Shown here: piece by piece, positions 17,354-27,049 of the stretch
Layout of the letters: every line of letters begins with the position of its first letter
Position numbering within the stretch: the first letter of the stretch is position 1
Assembly (NCBI GenBank): GCA_021796455.1
Contig: JAKACA010000003.1
Location: 1 to 49,880 of the forward strand
Origin: Actinomycetes bacterium
GTDB lineage: Bacteria > Actinomycetota > Acidimicrobiia > Acidimicrobiales > Bog-793
Reading direction: 5' to 3'
DNA: 49,880 nt
Notes under the pieces: generated by a model
What the model was told of the DNA's origin: nothing
Database searches by the model: none
Seen by the model: only the letters and a program-made list of their open reading frames with translations
Translations under genes and position numbers: made by a program

Positions 17354-20300
17354 GTGGCCACTTTCCTACAACCTTGGATGGGTGAACAGGTGCCTACCGA
17401 GGCGTCAAGGATCGCGATACCGGGATTTGATGTCGTAGAGGAGCTCGGCCGCGGAGCGACGACGGCGGTGTACCGCGCGGTTCGCCAAGGTCAGGACTTC
17501 GCCGTCAAGATGCAGCAGCTGAAGGGACCCGACGACCCCGCCCGGCTCTACTTCCGCCGCGAGGCGGCCATCCTTGCCGCGATCCGCCACCCCTGCCTGG
17601 GCAAGGTCTTCGAGGTGGGCGACGACGGCAGGATCTGCTATCTCGTAATGGAGCTCATCGGCGGGCGGACCCTCGGGCAGGCAATCGCAGAAGAAGGCGC
17701 CCTTCCTGAGCTTCGAGTGCTGTCGATAGCTGCCGACGTAGCTGCCGCCCTGGACGTCGCTCACCGCGTAGGGCTCGTGCATAGGGACGTCAGCCCGCGC
17801 AACGTCGTGCTCAGAGACGACGGGCGGGCCGTTCTCATCGACTTCGGCCTCGCGACGCACACCGGCACCCGCCAGCCAGAAGATGCCGTAGTCGGCACGG
17901 TGCTCTACAGCGCTCCCGAGCAGACAGGAATGGCACGCCGCCCGGTCGACAGGCGGTCCGACCTGTACTCCCTCGGCGCCGTGCTCTTCGAGTCTGTGAC
18001 GGGCCGTCCGCCATTCAGGGCGTCCGACGCCGGCGAGGTCGTCCGTATGCACGCCATGCTCACCGCTCCCGACGCGCGCTCGGTCGAGCCGAACGTCTCT
18101 GTCCAGCTTTCCCGGATCATCGCGCGGCTCCTCGCGAAAGATCCAGACGACAGGTACCAGGACGCCAGCTCGCTCCACTCGGACCTGGAGGCGCTCCGGA
18201 GCGGGAACCTCTCCGAAGATGCCCCGCTCGGCAAGTCGGTTGTCGGGCGGGCGTCGACGAGCATGACCCTCGTCGGTCGCAATGCCGAACTGGCCGCGCT
18301 GCTCGAGGTGGCCAACGACACCCGGGCCTCGAGAACCGGCGCCTCGGTCATCATCGAGTCGGAGCCCGGCGGGGGCAAGACACGCCTCGTCTCCGAACTG
18401 GCTCTGATCGCGCGCGGCAACGGGATGACCGTCATCGAGACCAACATCGGCCTCGACCATCCCGGGCCACTTGGACCACTAGCTCTGGCGCTCGGGCGTC
18501 ACCTGGCGGAGCTCGAGACCCGCGATCCCGACATGCTCGCGCACCTGCGCCGAGAGATGGGCATTGACAGAGCTGGAGCGGCGGTCTCGCTCCTCGGCTT
18601 GTCGCGCGAGCTCGACCGATTCCTCTCCGCGCCGAGCGAGCGCGGATCGGACGGCGGCTTCCACGACTTCGCGGTGATCGAGGCCGCCCACCTGGTCATG
18701 TCCGTCGCGACAGCCTCACCGGGTGGGATGCTTCTCGTTGTCGACAACGCCCACTTGGCTGACGACGCCACCCATCGCGTGCTCGCGTACCTGGCACCCG
18801 AGCTGGACCGTCTACCCCTTGTGATCGTCCTCACCGCTCGCAGTGATCCCGCGCACGGGTTCGCGCTCGGGCGACTCCGCTCCGAGATGGGCGAAGCGGT
18901 GCGGCGTAGGATCGAGCTCCCACCCCTCAGCGACGCGCAGATCGAAACCGTCCTTTCATGGCAGCTGGGTGGCGACGCCCTCGATCCGAGCCTCGCGAAC
19001 GAGATAACTATTCGCGCCAACGGCAATCCGTCCGCGGCGGTTGAGTACCTCCGGGCCGCGCTCGAGGCCGGAGTGCTGCGGCCTTATTGGGGGACGTTCT
19101 CCGTCGATGCCGAGGCGCTCGCGGGCCTCGACCTGCCCACCGACGTCCGTGGCTTGGCATTGCGCCGCCTCGACAGCCTCCGCCCTGCGACCCGCTGGCT
19201 GCTCACCGAGGCCGCCCTCGTCGGATCAAGCTTCGGTGTCGGCCTGCTGGCGACGATCACGAACTGGTCGACAGCGGACCTCTACCTTGCCCTCGGAGAG
19301 GCGGCAGGCGCTCGGGTGATCGAGCAGCAGGACAGCGACCGCTACGTGTTCCTCCATGACGGCGTACGAGATGTCCTGCTGCGTTCAATCGACAAGAAGG
19401 CGGCGAGGCGTGCCCACGAGGTGCTCGCGCGGGCGTTGCAGGAGACGGGCGAGAGCCGGCCGGAGATCGTCTACGAGATCGCGCGTCACTACGCGCTCGG
19501 TGAGGTCGAATCCGACCCGGTCCGGTCTTTTCAGGCAAACCATCGTGCCGCCCGCCTGGCGCTCGCGGCACAAGCCGACGACGACGCGCTCGAGTTCCTG
19601 GCCGCAGCCGAGGCCATCACCGTCGAGCACCGGCTCCCCGCCACGAGTGCCTTCGAGACGGACTACGGCACAGCTCTGGCCCGCAGCGGCAGGGTCGATC
19701 TTGCCCTTGGGCACTACGAGAAGGCCCTGCGCCTGGAACGAGAGCCGATAGGCCGCTCACGAATCCGCGAGCACCTCGCACATGTCTACCTTGCCCAGTC
19801 AAACGGGACGGCGAGCCTCGAGCACGCCCGCGAAGGGCTCTCAGAGCTTGGAAGATCCCTGCCGCAAAGTGGAGCCCTCCTGGCCGTCTCCACGCTCTGG
19901 CGCAGCTTGCTCGGTCTCCTGGTCGGGGTGACACGAGTCGGATTCGGGCGGGCAAAGCGTGCCAAGAGAGAAAAGCTCCGCCTCGAGTGCCGCCTCCTCG
20001 AGGTGGCCGGCGACGCGGCGGACCTGGAGCACCGTGCGATTCTCGCCGTCGGGATCGCCCTAAGAGCACTGGCGCCGGCGAACCGTCTCGGGCACTCTCG
20101 TGAGTTCGTCGGCGTCTACGCCCACCTGGGCTCGATCCTTGCCCAGGTGAGGCTCGTGGGCTTCGCCCGTGTCGTCGCGCGGCACACGACGCGGGTCGCC
20201 CAAAAGACCAACGACCAGGGGACTATCGTCCATGCAAAGCTGCTCGAGGCAATCAGCCTCGAGCTGCAGGGGTGTTCCGTCGAATCCCAGCAGCTGCTGG

Positions 20301-22747
20301 CCGAGGTGCTCCGCCACGAGGCGCGCTGGTTGCAGCCGGGAGAGTACCTAAGTGGCGTGCTCGCCGCATGCGTCGGACTGGGCCTTCGAGGCAGGGTACT
20401 CGAGCAGGTAGCGTGGGTCGAGGAGGCGACCTGGCACTCCGGCAGGGCCACGCGCCTCGACAACGGAGCAGTCAACGGGCTCGACTTCGTCGGGATCGCC
20501 ATAGCTGGTCTCCTGGAACAGCCGACGCTCGGCCTCGAGCGGATAGCGCGCGTAAACGAGCGGTTCGCCGCCGCGGAGCCATCCCGGATAGCGGTTGCCG
20601 GCTATCAGGTCGCGCTTGCAACGTTTCATTTCGGCCTGAACGAGCTGGGCCAGCCGTTCGAGGAAGCTGTCGCGCGTTTTCGGGCTCAGCGCCTCAGGCC
20701 GTGGAACTGTCCCTACAACCTCTCGTCTTTTTGGATAGTGCAGGCCCTTGCTCGGCTGTCGCAGCTGCTGAGCTGCACTGAGGAGGACCGCAGAGCATGT
20801 ATCCGCTCGGCCCGAAGAGCAGCCCGTGAGCTTCGCCTGGCATCTCGCACCCCGCTCATGCGGGCGTACTACTTCGGTGCCCGTACCGGCCTTCTCGTGG
20901 CAAAGGGTCGCTTCAAAGCGGCGCTGCGCTCGAGCTCGAGGGGACAGGCACTGCTCGTCGGCCTCGATGCTCCGGGAGCCGAGATGGCAATCCAGATGGC
21001 CCGGAGTCGTGCCCTTGACGGCGCGGGCTTCCACGAGGAGGCAGAGCGAATGGCGGTGGCGGCCGCCCGACTGTCGGAAGACCTCGGCCTCACGGCATTC
21101 GTCCGCTGGACTCAGCCTCCGGTCTCGGAACGCTCGCGAAGAAACCCTTTCGGCCACTCCCTGCGCCAGTCGATGAGCGGGGTCCCCTTGCGGGCGTCGG
21201 GGTTCCATGGGGCCGGGGGCGTCCGAGTCGCGAGCCGCGCAGCTCGTCAGCTCGAGGCCCTCCTGCAAGTGGGAGCGGCCGCAGCGCGCGTGCTCGACCC
21301 CGATGAGCTCGCTCGGCTCGCCCTCGACGAGACGGTCCGGATCCTTAGTGCCGAGCGGGCGCTCCTGTTCTTGACGAACGAGAACTCTGGCCTCGTGCGC
21401 CCGCACCTCGGGCGCGACGCCGCCGGAAACGACCTCAAGGAGCTGACCGGCTTCTCCTCGACCGTCGTCGACCGTGTCGTAGCCACCCGCGAACCGGTCG
21501 TGCTCACCGGAACTGAGGAGGGCGCTGCGCTCGGCTCGGAAAGCGCGGTGACCCACGGGCTGCGGTCGATCCTCGTCGCGCCCCTTCAGATCGAGGATCG
21601 CCTGCTCGGGGTCGTCTACCTCGACAGCAGGCTCGCGAAGGGTATCTTCACGAGAGACGACGTCGAGATCCTGAGCGCAATCACCTCGAACGTGGCGTTT
21701 GCTCTCGAGACAGCCCGGCTGGCCGAGGTGGAGATGTCGGTGGCGAGCGAGCGCCGCCAGCGCGAGGTCGCAGAGCTGCTCCGCGACTCGATGAGCGAGA
21801 TCGGCCAGAGCCTCGAGCCCCGTGGCGTTCTGCGATCGATACTGCACAACTGCGTCTCGGCGCTCAGTGCCGATGCGGGCGCCATCCTGCTCGCCGACGG
21901 TGAGCGTCTCGAGATCGCCTCGGCGGTGGGCGGCGGCGTGTCGCTCCCACCCGAGGGCTATGACCTTGCCCGGACCGATCAGCCCGAGATCGCCGAGGCC
22001 CTCCGCTCCCGCAAGCCCCTCTCTGTCGCGAGCGTCATCAGCGAGCGGAACTCACCGCTGTTCGGGCTCCTCGGGCGGGCCGGGTCGTTCATCGTCGCGC
22101 CACTTGTCGTGCGCGACCAGGCAGTCGGTGCCCTCGCGATAATCTCGCGGCGGCCCAACGCCTTCGGTCAGACTCAGACCGAGGTGGCCGCGGCTCTTGC
22201 CAACCAAGGCGTCGTCGCATACGAGAATGCACAGCTCTTCGCCCGTGTCCAGACCCTCGCGCAACGAGACGAGCTTTCTGGCGTGGCCAACCGACGGTAC
22301 TTCTTCGAGATGGCAGGGCGGAGCTTCCGGGACGCCCGCCAGGCGGGCACGCCCCTGTCGGCGATGATGCTCGACATCGACCACTTCAAAGATGTCAACG
22401 ACCGCTACGGCCACGCGTCGGGAGACGACGTGATCCGCGTCGTGGCACAGCGCGTGGCAAAGGTCATCGGGTCAGGTGACACGGTGGGTCGCTACGGCGG
22501 CGAGGAGTTTGCCCTTGTCGTGCAAGCCCCACTCGAGCAGGCGCACGCGCTCGCCGAGCGCCTGCGCCAGGCCATCAGCGAAACCCCGATCTCTACCGCC
22601 TCTGGTCCGATAGAGGTCACCGCATCGGTGGGCGTGGCCGAGATGGACGGGCGCGATCTCGACCTGGGCCGCCTCCTGCAACGGACCGATGCCGCTCTTT
22701 ACGAGGCCAAGCGGGCGGGGCGGGACCAGGTGGTCACAGCGTTTTAG
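17354..22747 (+). CDS. Ser/Thr kinase - STAND (AAA_16-like) ATPase - TPR-like - GAF - GAF - GGDEF diguanylate cyclase
   Basis: Kinase: LGRG, AVK, HRDVSPRN, DFG, APE, DLYSLG. Walker A SEPGGGKT (18359-18382), Walker B LLVVD. Two GAF-like segments (~21290-21720, ~21800-22240). DELSGVANRR, DIDHFKDVNDRYGH and GGEEF (22496-22510). Alternative start ATG 17378. Confidence 0.88.
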   Translation: MATFLQPWMGEQVPTEASRIAIPGFDVVEELGRGATTAVYRAVRQGQDFAVKMQQLKGPDDPARLYFRREAAILAAIRHPCLGKVFEVGDDGRICYLVMELIGGRTLGQAIAEEGALPELRVLSIAADVAAALDVAHRVGLVHRDVSPRNVVLRDDGRAVLIDFGLATHTGTRQPEDAVVGTVLYSAPEQTGMARRPVDRRSDLYSLGAVLFESVTGRPPFRASDAGEVVRMHAMLTAPDARSVEPNVSVQLSRIIARLLAKDPDDRYQDASSLHSDLEALRSGNLSEDAPLGKSVVGRASTSMTLVGRNAELAALLEVANDTRASRTGASVIIESEPGGGKTRLVSELALIARGNGMTVIETNIGLDHPGPLGPLALALGRHLAELETRDPDMLAHLRREMGIDRAGAAVSLLGLSRELDRFLSAPSERGSDGGFHDFAVIEAAHLVMSVATASPGGMLLVVDNAHLADDATHRVLAYLAPELDRLPLVIVLTARSDPAHGFALGRLRSEMGEAVRRRIELPPLSDAQIETVLSWQLGGDALDPSLANEITIRANGNPSAAVEYLRAALEAGVLRPYWGTFSVDAEALAGLDLPTDVRGLALRRLDSLRPATRWLLTEAALVGSSFGVGLLATITNWSTADLYLALGEAAGARVIEQQDSDRYVFLHDGVRDVLLRSIDKKAARRAHEVLARALQETGESRPEIVYEIARHYALGEVESDPVRSFQANHRAARLALAAQADDDALEFLAAAEAITVEHRLPATSAFETDYGTALARSGRVDLALGHYEKALRLEREPIGRSRIREHLAHVYLAQSNGTASLEHAREGLSELGRSLPQSGALLAVSTLWRSLLGLLVGVTRVGFGRAKRAKREKLRLECRLLEVAGDAADLEHRAILAVGIALRALAPANRLGHSREFVGVYAHLGSILAQVRLVGFARVVARHTTRVAQKTNDQGTIVHAKLLEAISLELQGCSVESQQLLAEVLRHEARWLQPGEYLSGVLAACVGLGLRGRVLEQVAWVEEATWHSGRATRLDNGAVNGLDFVGIAIAGLLEQPTLGLERIARVNERFAAAEPSRIAVAGYQVALATFHFGLNELGQPFEEAVARFRAQRLRPWNCPYNLSSFWIVQALARLSQLLSCTEEDRRACIRSARRAARELRLASRTPLMRAYYFGARTGLLVAKGRFKAALRSSSRGQALLVGLDAPGAEMAIQMARSRALDGAGFHEEAERMAVAAARLSEDLGLTAFVRWTQPPVSERSRRNPFGHSLRQSMSGVPLRASGFHGAGGVRVASRAARQLEALLQVGAAAARVLDPDELARLALDETVRILSAERALLFLTNENSGLVRPHLGRDAAGNDLKELTGFSSTVVDRVVATREPVVLTGTEEGAALGSESAVTHGLRSILVAPLQIEDRLLGVVYLDSRLAKGIFTRDDVEILSAITSNVAFALETARLAEVEMSVASERRQREVAELLRDSMSEIGQSLEPRGVLRSILHNCVSALSADAGAILLADGERLEIASAVGGGVSLPPEGYDLARTDQPEIAEALRSRKPLSVASVISERNSPLFGLLGRAGSFIVAPLVVRDQAVGALAIISRRPNAFGQTQTEVAAALANQGVVAYENAQLFARVQTLAQRDELSGVANRRYFFEMAGRSFRDARQAGTPLSAMMLDIDHFKDVNDRYGHASGDDVIRVVAQRVAKVIGSGDTVGRYGGEEFALVVQAPLEQAHALAERLRQAISETPISTASGPIEVTASVGVAEMDGRDLDLGRLLQRTDAALYEAKRAGRDQVVTAF

Positions 22748-22795
22748 AGCTGCGCGGCCGGGTATTTCGGCCACCTCCTCCTGGAATCGAGAAGA

Positions 22796-22805
22796 ATTAG
22801 CTAAT
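22796..22805. promoter_or_regulatory. AT-rich perfect palindrome ATTAGCTAAT between the two cyclase genes
   Basis: Read directly; lies 14 nt upstream of the GTG at 22820. Confidence 0.3.
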
Positions 22806-22819
22806 CTCCGCGCGCTGCT

Positions 22820-23626
22820 GTGCCGATAGTTGGAAACGTGCAACCAGGCATCGATGTCGGTGGCGTCGTGGACAGCCTCTCAGATGCAGCCAACTGCGAA
22901 GATCCCCGAGCCGAGCCGCTCCATGTCGTGGTGCCCGGATGGAGCACCGGCGAGAGCTCGAGCGATCACACGGCCCGGCTGCTCGGACTATCGGCCGATG
23001 AGGTCACGCGGCTCTCACAGGTCGATCTGCATCGAGCAGGCTGGGCCGAGGTAGTCCGCATTGCCGTCACCGACCCGCTCACCCGCCTTCCCAACCGCGC
23101 TCTTCTCCATGACCGTTTGAGACAGGCGATCGCTCGCCTTGCTCACGAGCCGACCGAGCTGGCCGTCTTGTTCATCGACGTGGACCGTTTCAAGCTCGTG
23201 AACGACACGCTCGGACACGGCGCCGGAGACGACCTCCTCGTCGCCATAGCCAACCGGCTCTCGCAGACGCTGCGGATGACGGACACGATCGCCCGCTTCG
23301 GAGGAGACGAGTTCGTCGTGCTGGCAGAGGACGTAAGCGACGCGGCAACGGTCCTAGCTCTCGGTCAACGCCTCATCGAAGCTGTCGCGGAGCCGCTCGA
23401 GATCGCAAGTCACACCATGACCCCGAGTATCAGTGTGGGCATCACGATCGCCTTCCGGTCCTATGAGGAGCCCGCCGAGCTGATCCACCTCGCCGACCTG
23501 GCGATGTACCAAGCCAAGGATGCCGGCGGCGGTCGCTGCATGCTGGCCGAGCCGCGGGCCGACTCTCCTCATCGAAGCCAAGATGCCGCCCTTCGGCAGT
23601 GCGATCCCTGGAGCGCCGCAGGATGA
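22820..23626 (+). CDS. GGDEF diguanylate cyclase with a short unrecognised N-terminus
   Basis: TDPLTRLPNR, LFIDVDRFKLVNDTLGHGAGD, I-site RMTD (23273-23284), GGDEF (23300-23314), ADLAMYQAK. Confidence 0.88.
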   Translation: MPIVGNVQPGIDVGGVVDSLSDAANCEDPRAEPLHVVVPGWSTGESSSDHTARLLGLSADEVTRLSQVDLHRAGWAEVVRIAVTDPLTRLPNRALLHDRLRQAIARLAHEPTELAVLFIDVDRFKLVNDTLGHGAGDDLLVAIANRLSQTLRMTDTIARFGGDEFVVLAEDVSDAATVLALGQRLIEAVAEPLEIASHTMTPSISVGITIAFRSYEEPAELIHLADLAMYQAKDAGGGRCMLAEPRADSPHRSQDAALRQCDPWSAAG

Positions 23627-23700
23627 CCCCTGCGCGGTGGTGATCGGGTGCTTTTCGAGCTACGACTCCGCGGACCGGCTAAAGCGCGCCACCGACCCGT

Positions 23701-23979
23701 CTACTCGCCGGAGCTCTCCTCGACGATGTCGGCGAAGTGACGGACGAGACGTGACTTACGCCGGGCGGCCTGGTTCGAGTGGATGACACCCTTGGCGGCA
23801 GCCTTGTCGATGCGTTTGACAGCGAGGCGGAGTCGCTCTCCCATGTCCTCGGCACCGGTCTCGGCCGCCCGTAGCGCCCCCTTCGTCCGCGTCTTCAGCT
23901 CGGAGCGAACAGCCTTGTTGCGCTCGTGGCGCAGCTTGTTCTGGCGGTCTCGTTTTATCTGACTCTTTATGTTGGCCAT
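23701..23979 (-). CDS. rpsT: 30S ribosomal protein S20
   Basis: [14 protein letters not shown]...[11 protein letters not shown]...[22 protein letters not shown]. Confidence 0.98.
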   Translation of the reverse strand: MANIKSQIKRDRQNKLRHERNKAVRSELKTRTKGALRAAETGAEDMGERLRLAVKRIDKAAAKGVIHSNQAARRKSRLVRHFADIVEESSGE

Positions 23980-24048
23980 GTCTTCCTCAGGCGCGACTAT
24001 CTACCGGCTCAGAACCTAGGTGTGCAGGGTCAAGATACTAGCAGCGGC

Positions 24049-24060
24049 GTAGGTACCTAC
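24049..24060. promoter_or_regulatory. Perfect 12-bp palindrome GTAGGTACCTAC in the divergent rpsT/lepA region
   Basis: Read directly; function unknown. Confidence 0.3.
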
Positions 24061-24119
24061 CCGTCACGCCCGGACCCGACCCGGCAGGCATGCCCGAGGT
24101 GGCACGATGGACTCCCGCC

Positions 24120-25907
24120 ATGATCCCCATAGACCAGATTCGCAACTTCTCGATCATCAGCCACGTCGACCATGGCAAGTCGACGCTCTCCGACCGCATC
24201 CTCGAGCTCACCGGGGCCGTAGATGCCCGCGAGATGCGCGAGCAGTACCTAGATTCGATGGACATCGAGAGAGAGCGGGGCATCACGATCAAGGCCCAGA
24301 ACGTGCGCGTGCATTGGCAAGGCCACACCCTCCACCTCATCGATACGCCGGGTCACGTCGACTTCGGCTACGAGGTGAGCCGGTCTCTCGCGGCATGCGA
24401 AGGGGTGGTTCTGCTGATAGACGCGTCACAGGGGATCGAGGCCCAGACCCTGGCCAACTGCTATCTCGCCATAGAAAGTGACCTCGAGATCGTCGCCGCG
24501 CTCAACAAGATCGACCTTCCCGCGGCAGATCCCGAGCGCTACGCAAGCGAGATCGAAGCTGTGCTCGGGCTGCCGGCAGAATCCATCTTGCGCATCTCGG
24601 CCAAGACCGGCGAGGGAGTGGCGGCTCTCCTCGATGCCGTGATCGAGCGGATCCCGGCACCGAAAGGTGACCAGGACGCAGCGCTTCGCTCCCTCGTCTT
24701 TGACTCGCTCTACGACCAGTACCGGGGCGTCGTGAGTGCTGTGCGCGTCTTCGACGGCGTGCTCCGCTCCGGGTCGAAGATCCGGCTCTTCCACGCCGCG
24801 ACGACCCACGACGTCGAAGAGGTCGGGTTCCGGGCGCCTCACAACACTGCGGCCACCGAGCTCGGCCCGGGCGAGGTCGGCTACCTCATAGCGGGGATCA
24901 AGGCGGTATCGGAGGCTCGCGTCGGCGAAACGGTCACAGATGCCGCCAACCCGGCCGCTTCACCTCTCGATGGCTACCGTGACCCGAAACCGATGGTCTT
25001 CTGCGGCCTGTACCCCGTGGAGGGAGACGACCTTCCCGGTCTGCGCGACGCTCTCGAGAAGCTCAAGCTCTCTGACGGTTCCATCACTTTCGAGCCTGAG
25101 ACCTCGGCGGCCCTCGGGTTCGGCTTCCGGTGCGGGTTCCTCGGCTTGTTGCACATGGAGATCGCTCGCGAGCGCCTCGAGCGCGAGTTCAACCTGTCGC
25201 TCATCGCGACGGCTCCCTCTGTCGCTTATCTCGCGCAGCTCACGAACGGCCAGACGATCGAGGTCGACAACCCTTCGGTCATGCCTGCGGCCCAGAGCGT
25301 CGACTCGATCTCCGAGCCGATGCTTCGCCTCACGATCATCACGCCCTCCGACTACACCGGAACGATCATGGACCTTTGTCAGAGCCGTCGCGGAACGCTC
25401 GTGAAGATGCAGTACCTCTCACCCGAGCGGCTGGAGCTCATGTACCGCGTTCCCCTCGCCGAGGTGGTCATCGATCTCTTCGACCAGCTGAAGAGCCGGA
25501 CCAAAGGGTACGCGAGCCTCGACTACGAGACCGACGGGTACGAGGTCGAGGATCTCGTGAAAGTCGACATCCTCTTGAACGGGGCTCCTGTGGACGCATT
25601 CAGCTCGATCGTTCACCGGGCCCGCGCGCAGGACTACGGGCGCAAGATGGTCGCCAAGCTCCGCGAGCTCATCCCCCGCCAGCTCTTCGACGTTCCCATC
25701 CAGGCCGCGATCGGCGGACGCATTATCGCCCGTGAGACAGTGAAAGCCAAGAGGAAGGACGTCCTCGCGAAGTGCTACGGGGGTGACATCACTCGCAAGC
25801 GCAAGCTCCTCGAGAAACAGCGGGAAGGCAAGAAGCGGATGAAAACGATCGGGCGCGTCGAGATACCCCAGGAGGCGTTCATCTCGGCGCTGAGGCTCGA
25901 AGAGTGA
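24120..25907 (+). CDS. lepA: Translation elongation factor 4
   Basis: [65 protein letters not shown] 24120 preferred. Confidence 0.98.
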   Translation: MIPIDQIRNFSIISHVDHGKSTLSDRILELTGAVDAREMREQYLDSMDIERERGITIKAQNVRVHWQGHTLHLIDTPGHVDFGYEVSRSLAACEGVVLLIDASQGIEAQTLANCYLAIESDLEIVAALNKIDLPAADPERYASEIEAVLGLPAESILRISAKTGEGVAALLDAVIERIPAPKGDQDAALRSLVFDSLYDQYRGVVSAVRVFDGVLRSGSKIRLFHAATTHDVEEVGFRAPHNTAATELGPGEVGYLIAGIKAVSEARVGETVTDAANPAASPLDGYRDPKPMVFCGLYPVEGDDLPGLRDALEKLKLSDGSITFEPETSAALGFGFRCGFLGLLHMEIARERLEREFNLSLIATAPSVAYLAQLTNGQTIEVDNPSVMPAAQSVDSISEPMLRLTIITPSDYTGTIMDLCQSRRGTLVKMQYLSPERLELMYRVPLAEVVIDLFDQLKSRTKGYASLDYETDGYEVEDLVKVDILLNGAPVDAFSSIVHRARAQDYGRKMVAKLRELIPRQLFDVPIQAAIGGRIIARETVKAKRKDVLAKCYGGDITRKRKLLEKQREGKKRMKTIGRVEIPQEAFISALRLEE

Positions 25908-25984
25908 TCTCTTGGCTCCTTTTGGGCTCGTTTTCCCGGCTCTGGCCCTGCTCGGGACGGATCGACCGATAAAATCAATTTCCT

Positions 25985-27037
25985 GTGAGCAGCACCGGGG
26001 AGACGAAGGAGCTTGACGAGCGCAAGGCCGCCATCTTGAACACAGTCGTAACCGACTACGTCGAGAGAGCCCAGCCTGTCGGCTCGTCCCAGGTCGCCCG
26101 CGATCCGAGCATCGAGGTGTCGACCGCAACCATCAGGGCTGACATGGCGGCGCTCGAGCGGGAGGGCTACCTCATGCACCCTCACACGAGCGCGGGCCGG
26201 GTTCCGACCGACAAGGGATACCGCTTCTTCGTGGACCACCTTGCCCAACCGCTGCCCCTCGGAGAGGCCAAGCAGGAGCAGATCCAGGAATTCTTCTCAC
26301 GCGCCCATGGCGAGCTCGAGAGGATGCTCGCCGACACGAGCCGACTGCTCGCGCACCTGACCGACAGCACTGCAATTGTGGTCGGCCCGGAGTCCCCCGG
26401 CCACGAGCGCCTTGTCGTCCGCTCCGCGCTGCTTGCCCGCATCTCCACGCGAGTCGCCCTCCTCGTTGTCGTGCTCTCGAACGGGGTCGTCGAGAAGCAT
26501 CCGATCGCCCTTGACGCCGAGGTAGCTGACAGCGACATCGACACCGCCAGCAGCTATCTGCAGCAGCACGCCGTCGGTCTCTCGATAAGTCAGCTGGCAG
26601 CCGGTGGAGTGCACCTGCCTGCGACCGGTCTCACCGAAGTGGACGCGCTCCTGACTGCAAGCCGGAACGCCCTCGGCGGGGTGGAGGACGCGGATTTTGC
26701 GAACGACCATGTCTTCGTCGGTGGCGCCGCGAGGATGGCTGACCGTTTCGCCGAAGTGGACCAGGTGAGGGCAATCCTCGGCATTCTCGAGCAGTCCTTC
26801 GTAGTGGTGTCATTGCTCCGTGACGTGCTCGCTCAGGGCCAGTCCGTCGCCATCGGCTCCGAGCACGGGCTAGCTCCCCTCGCCGAATGCTCGCTCGTTG
26901 TCGCGCCGTTCGCAGGCGAGGACGACAACACGGGCACGATCGGTATCCTCGGGCCCACGCGTATGGACTACCCGCAAGCTCTCGCCACAGTCGCCGTAGT
27001 CGGCCAACGACTGTCGCGAGAGCTGAGACGCGGTTGA
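25985..27037 (+). CDS. hrcA: Heat-inducible transcription repressor
   Basis: AQPVGS, SxATIRADMAALE, HPHTSAGRVPTDKGYRFFVD, GILGPTRMDY. Confidence 0.96.
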   Translation: MSSTGETKELDERKAAILNTVVTDYVERAQPVGSSQVARDPSIEVSTATIRADMAALEREGYLMHPHTSAGRVPTDKGYRFFVDHLAQPLPLGEAKQEQIQEFFSRAHGELERMLADTSRLLAHLTDSTAIVVGPESPGHERLVVRSALLARISTRVALLVVVLSNGVVEKHPIALDAEVADSDIDTASSYLQQHAVGLSISQLAAGGVHLPATGLTEVDALLTASRNALGGVEDADFANDHVFVGGAARMADRFAEVDQVRAILGILEQSFVVVSLLRDVLAQGQSVAIGSEHGLAPLAECSLVVAPFAGEDDNTGTIGILGPTRMDYPQALATVAVVGQRLSRELRRG

Positions 27038-27049
27038 GCGAGACCGAGA

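Noticed and set aside
25908-25984. CIRCE operator upstream of hrcA/dnaJ
   Set aside because: No TTAGCACTC-N9-GAGTGCTAA-like inverted repeat found. The GGCACTC strings at 9761-9814 are direct repeats inside a CDS.
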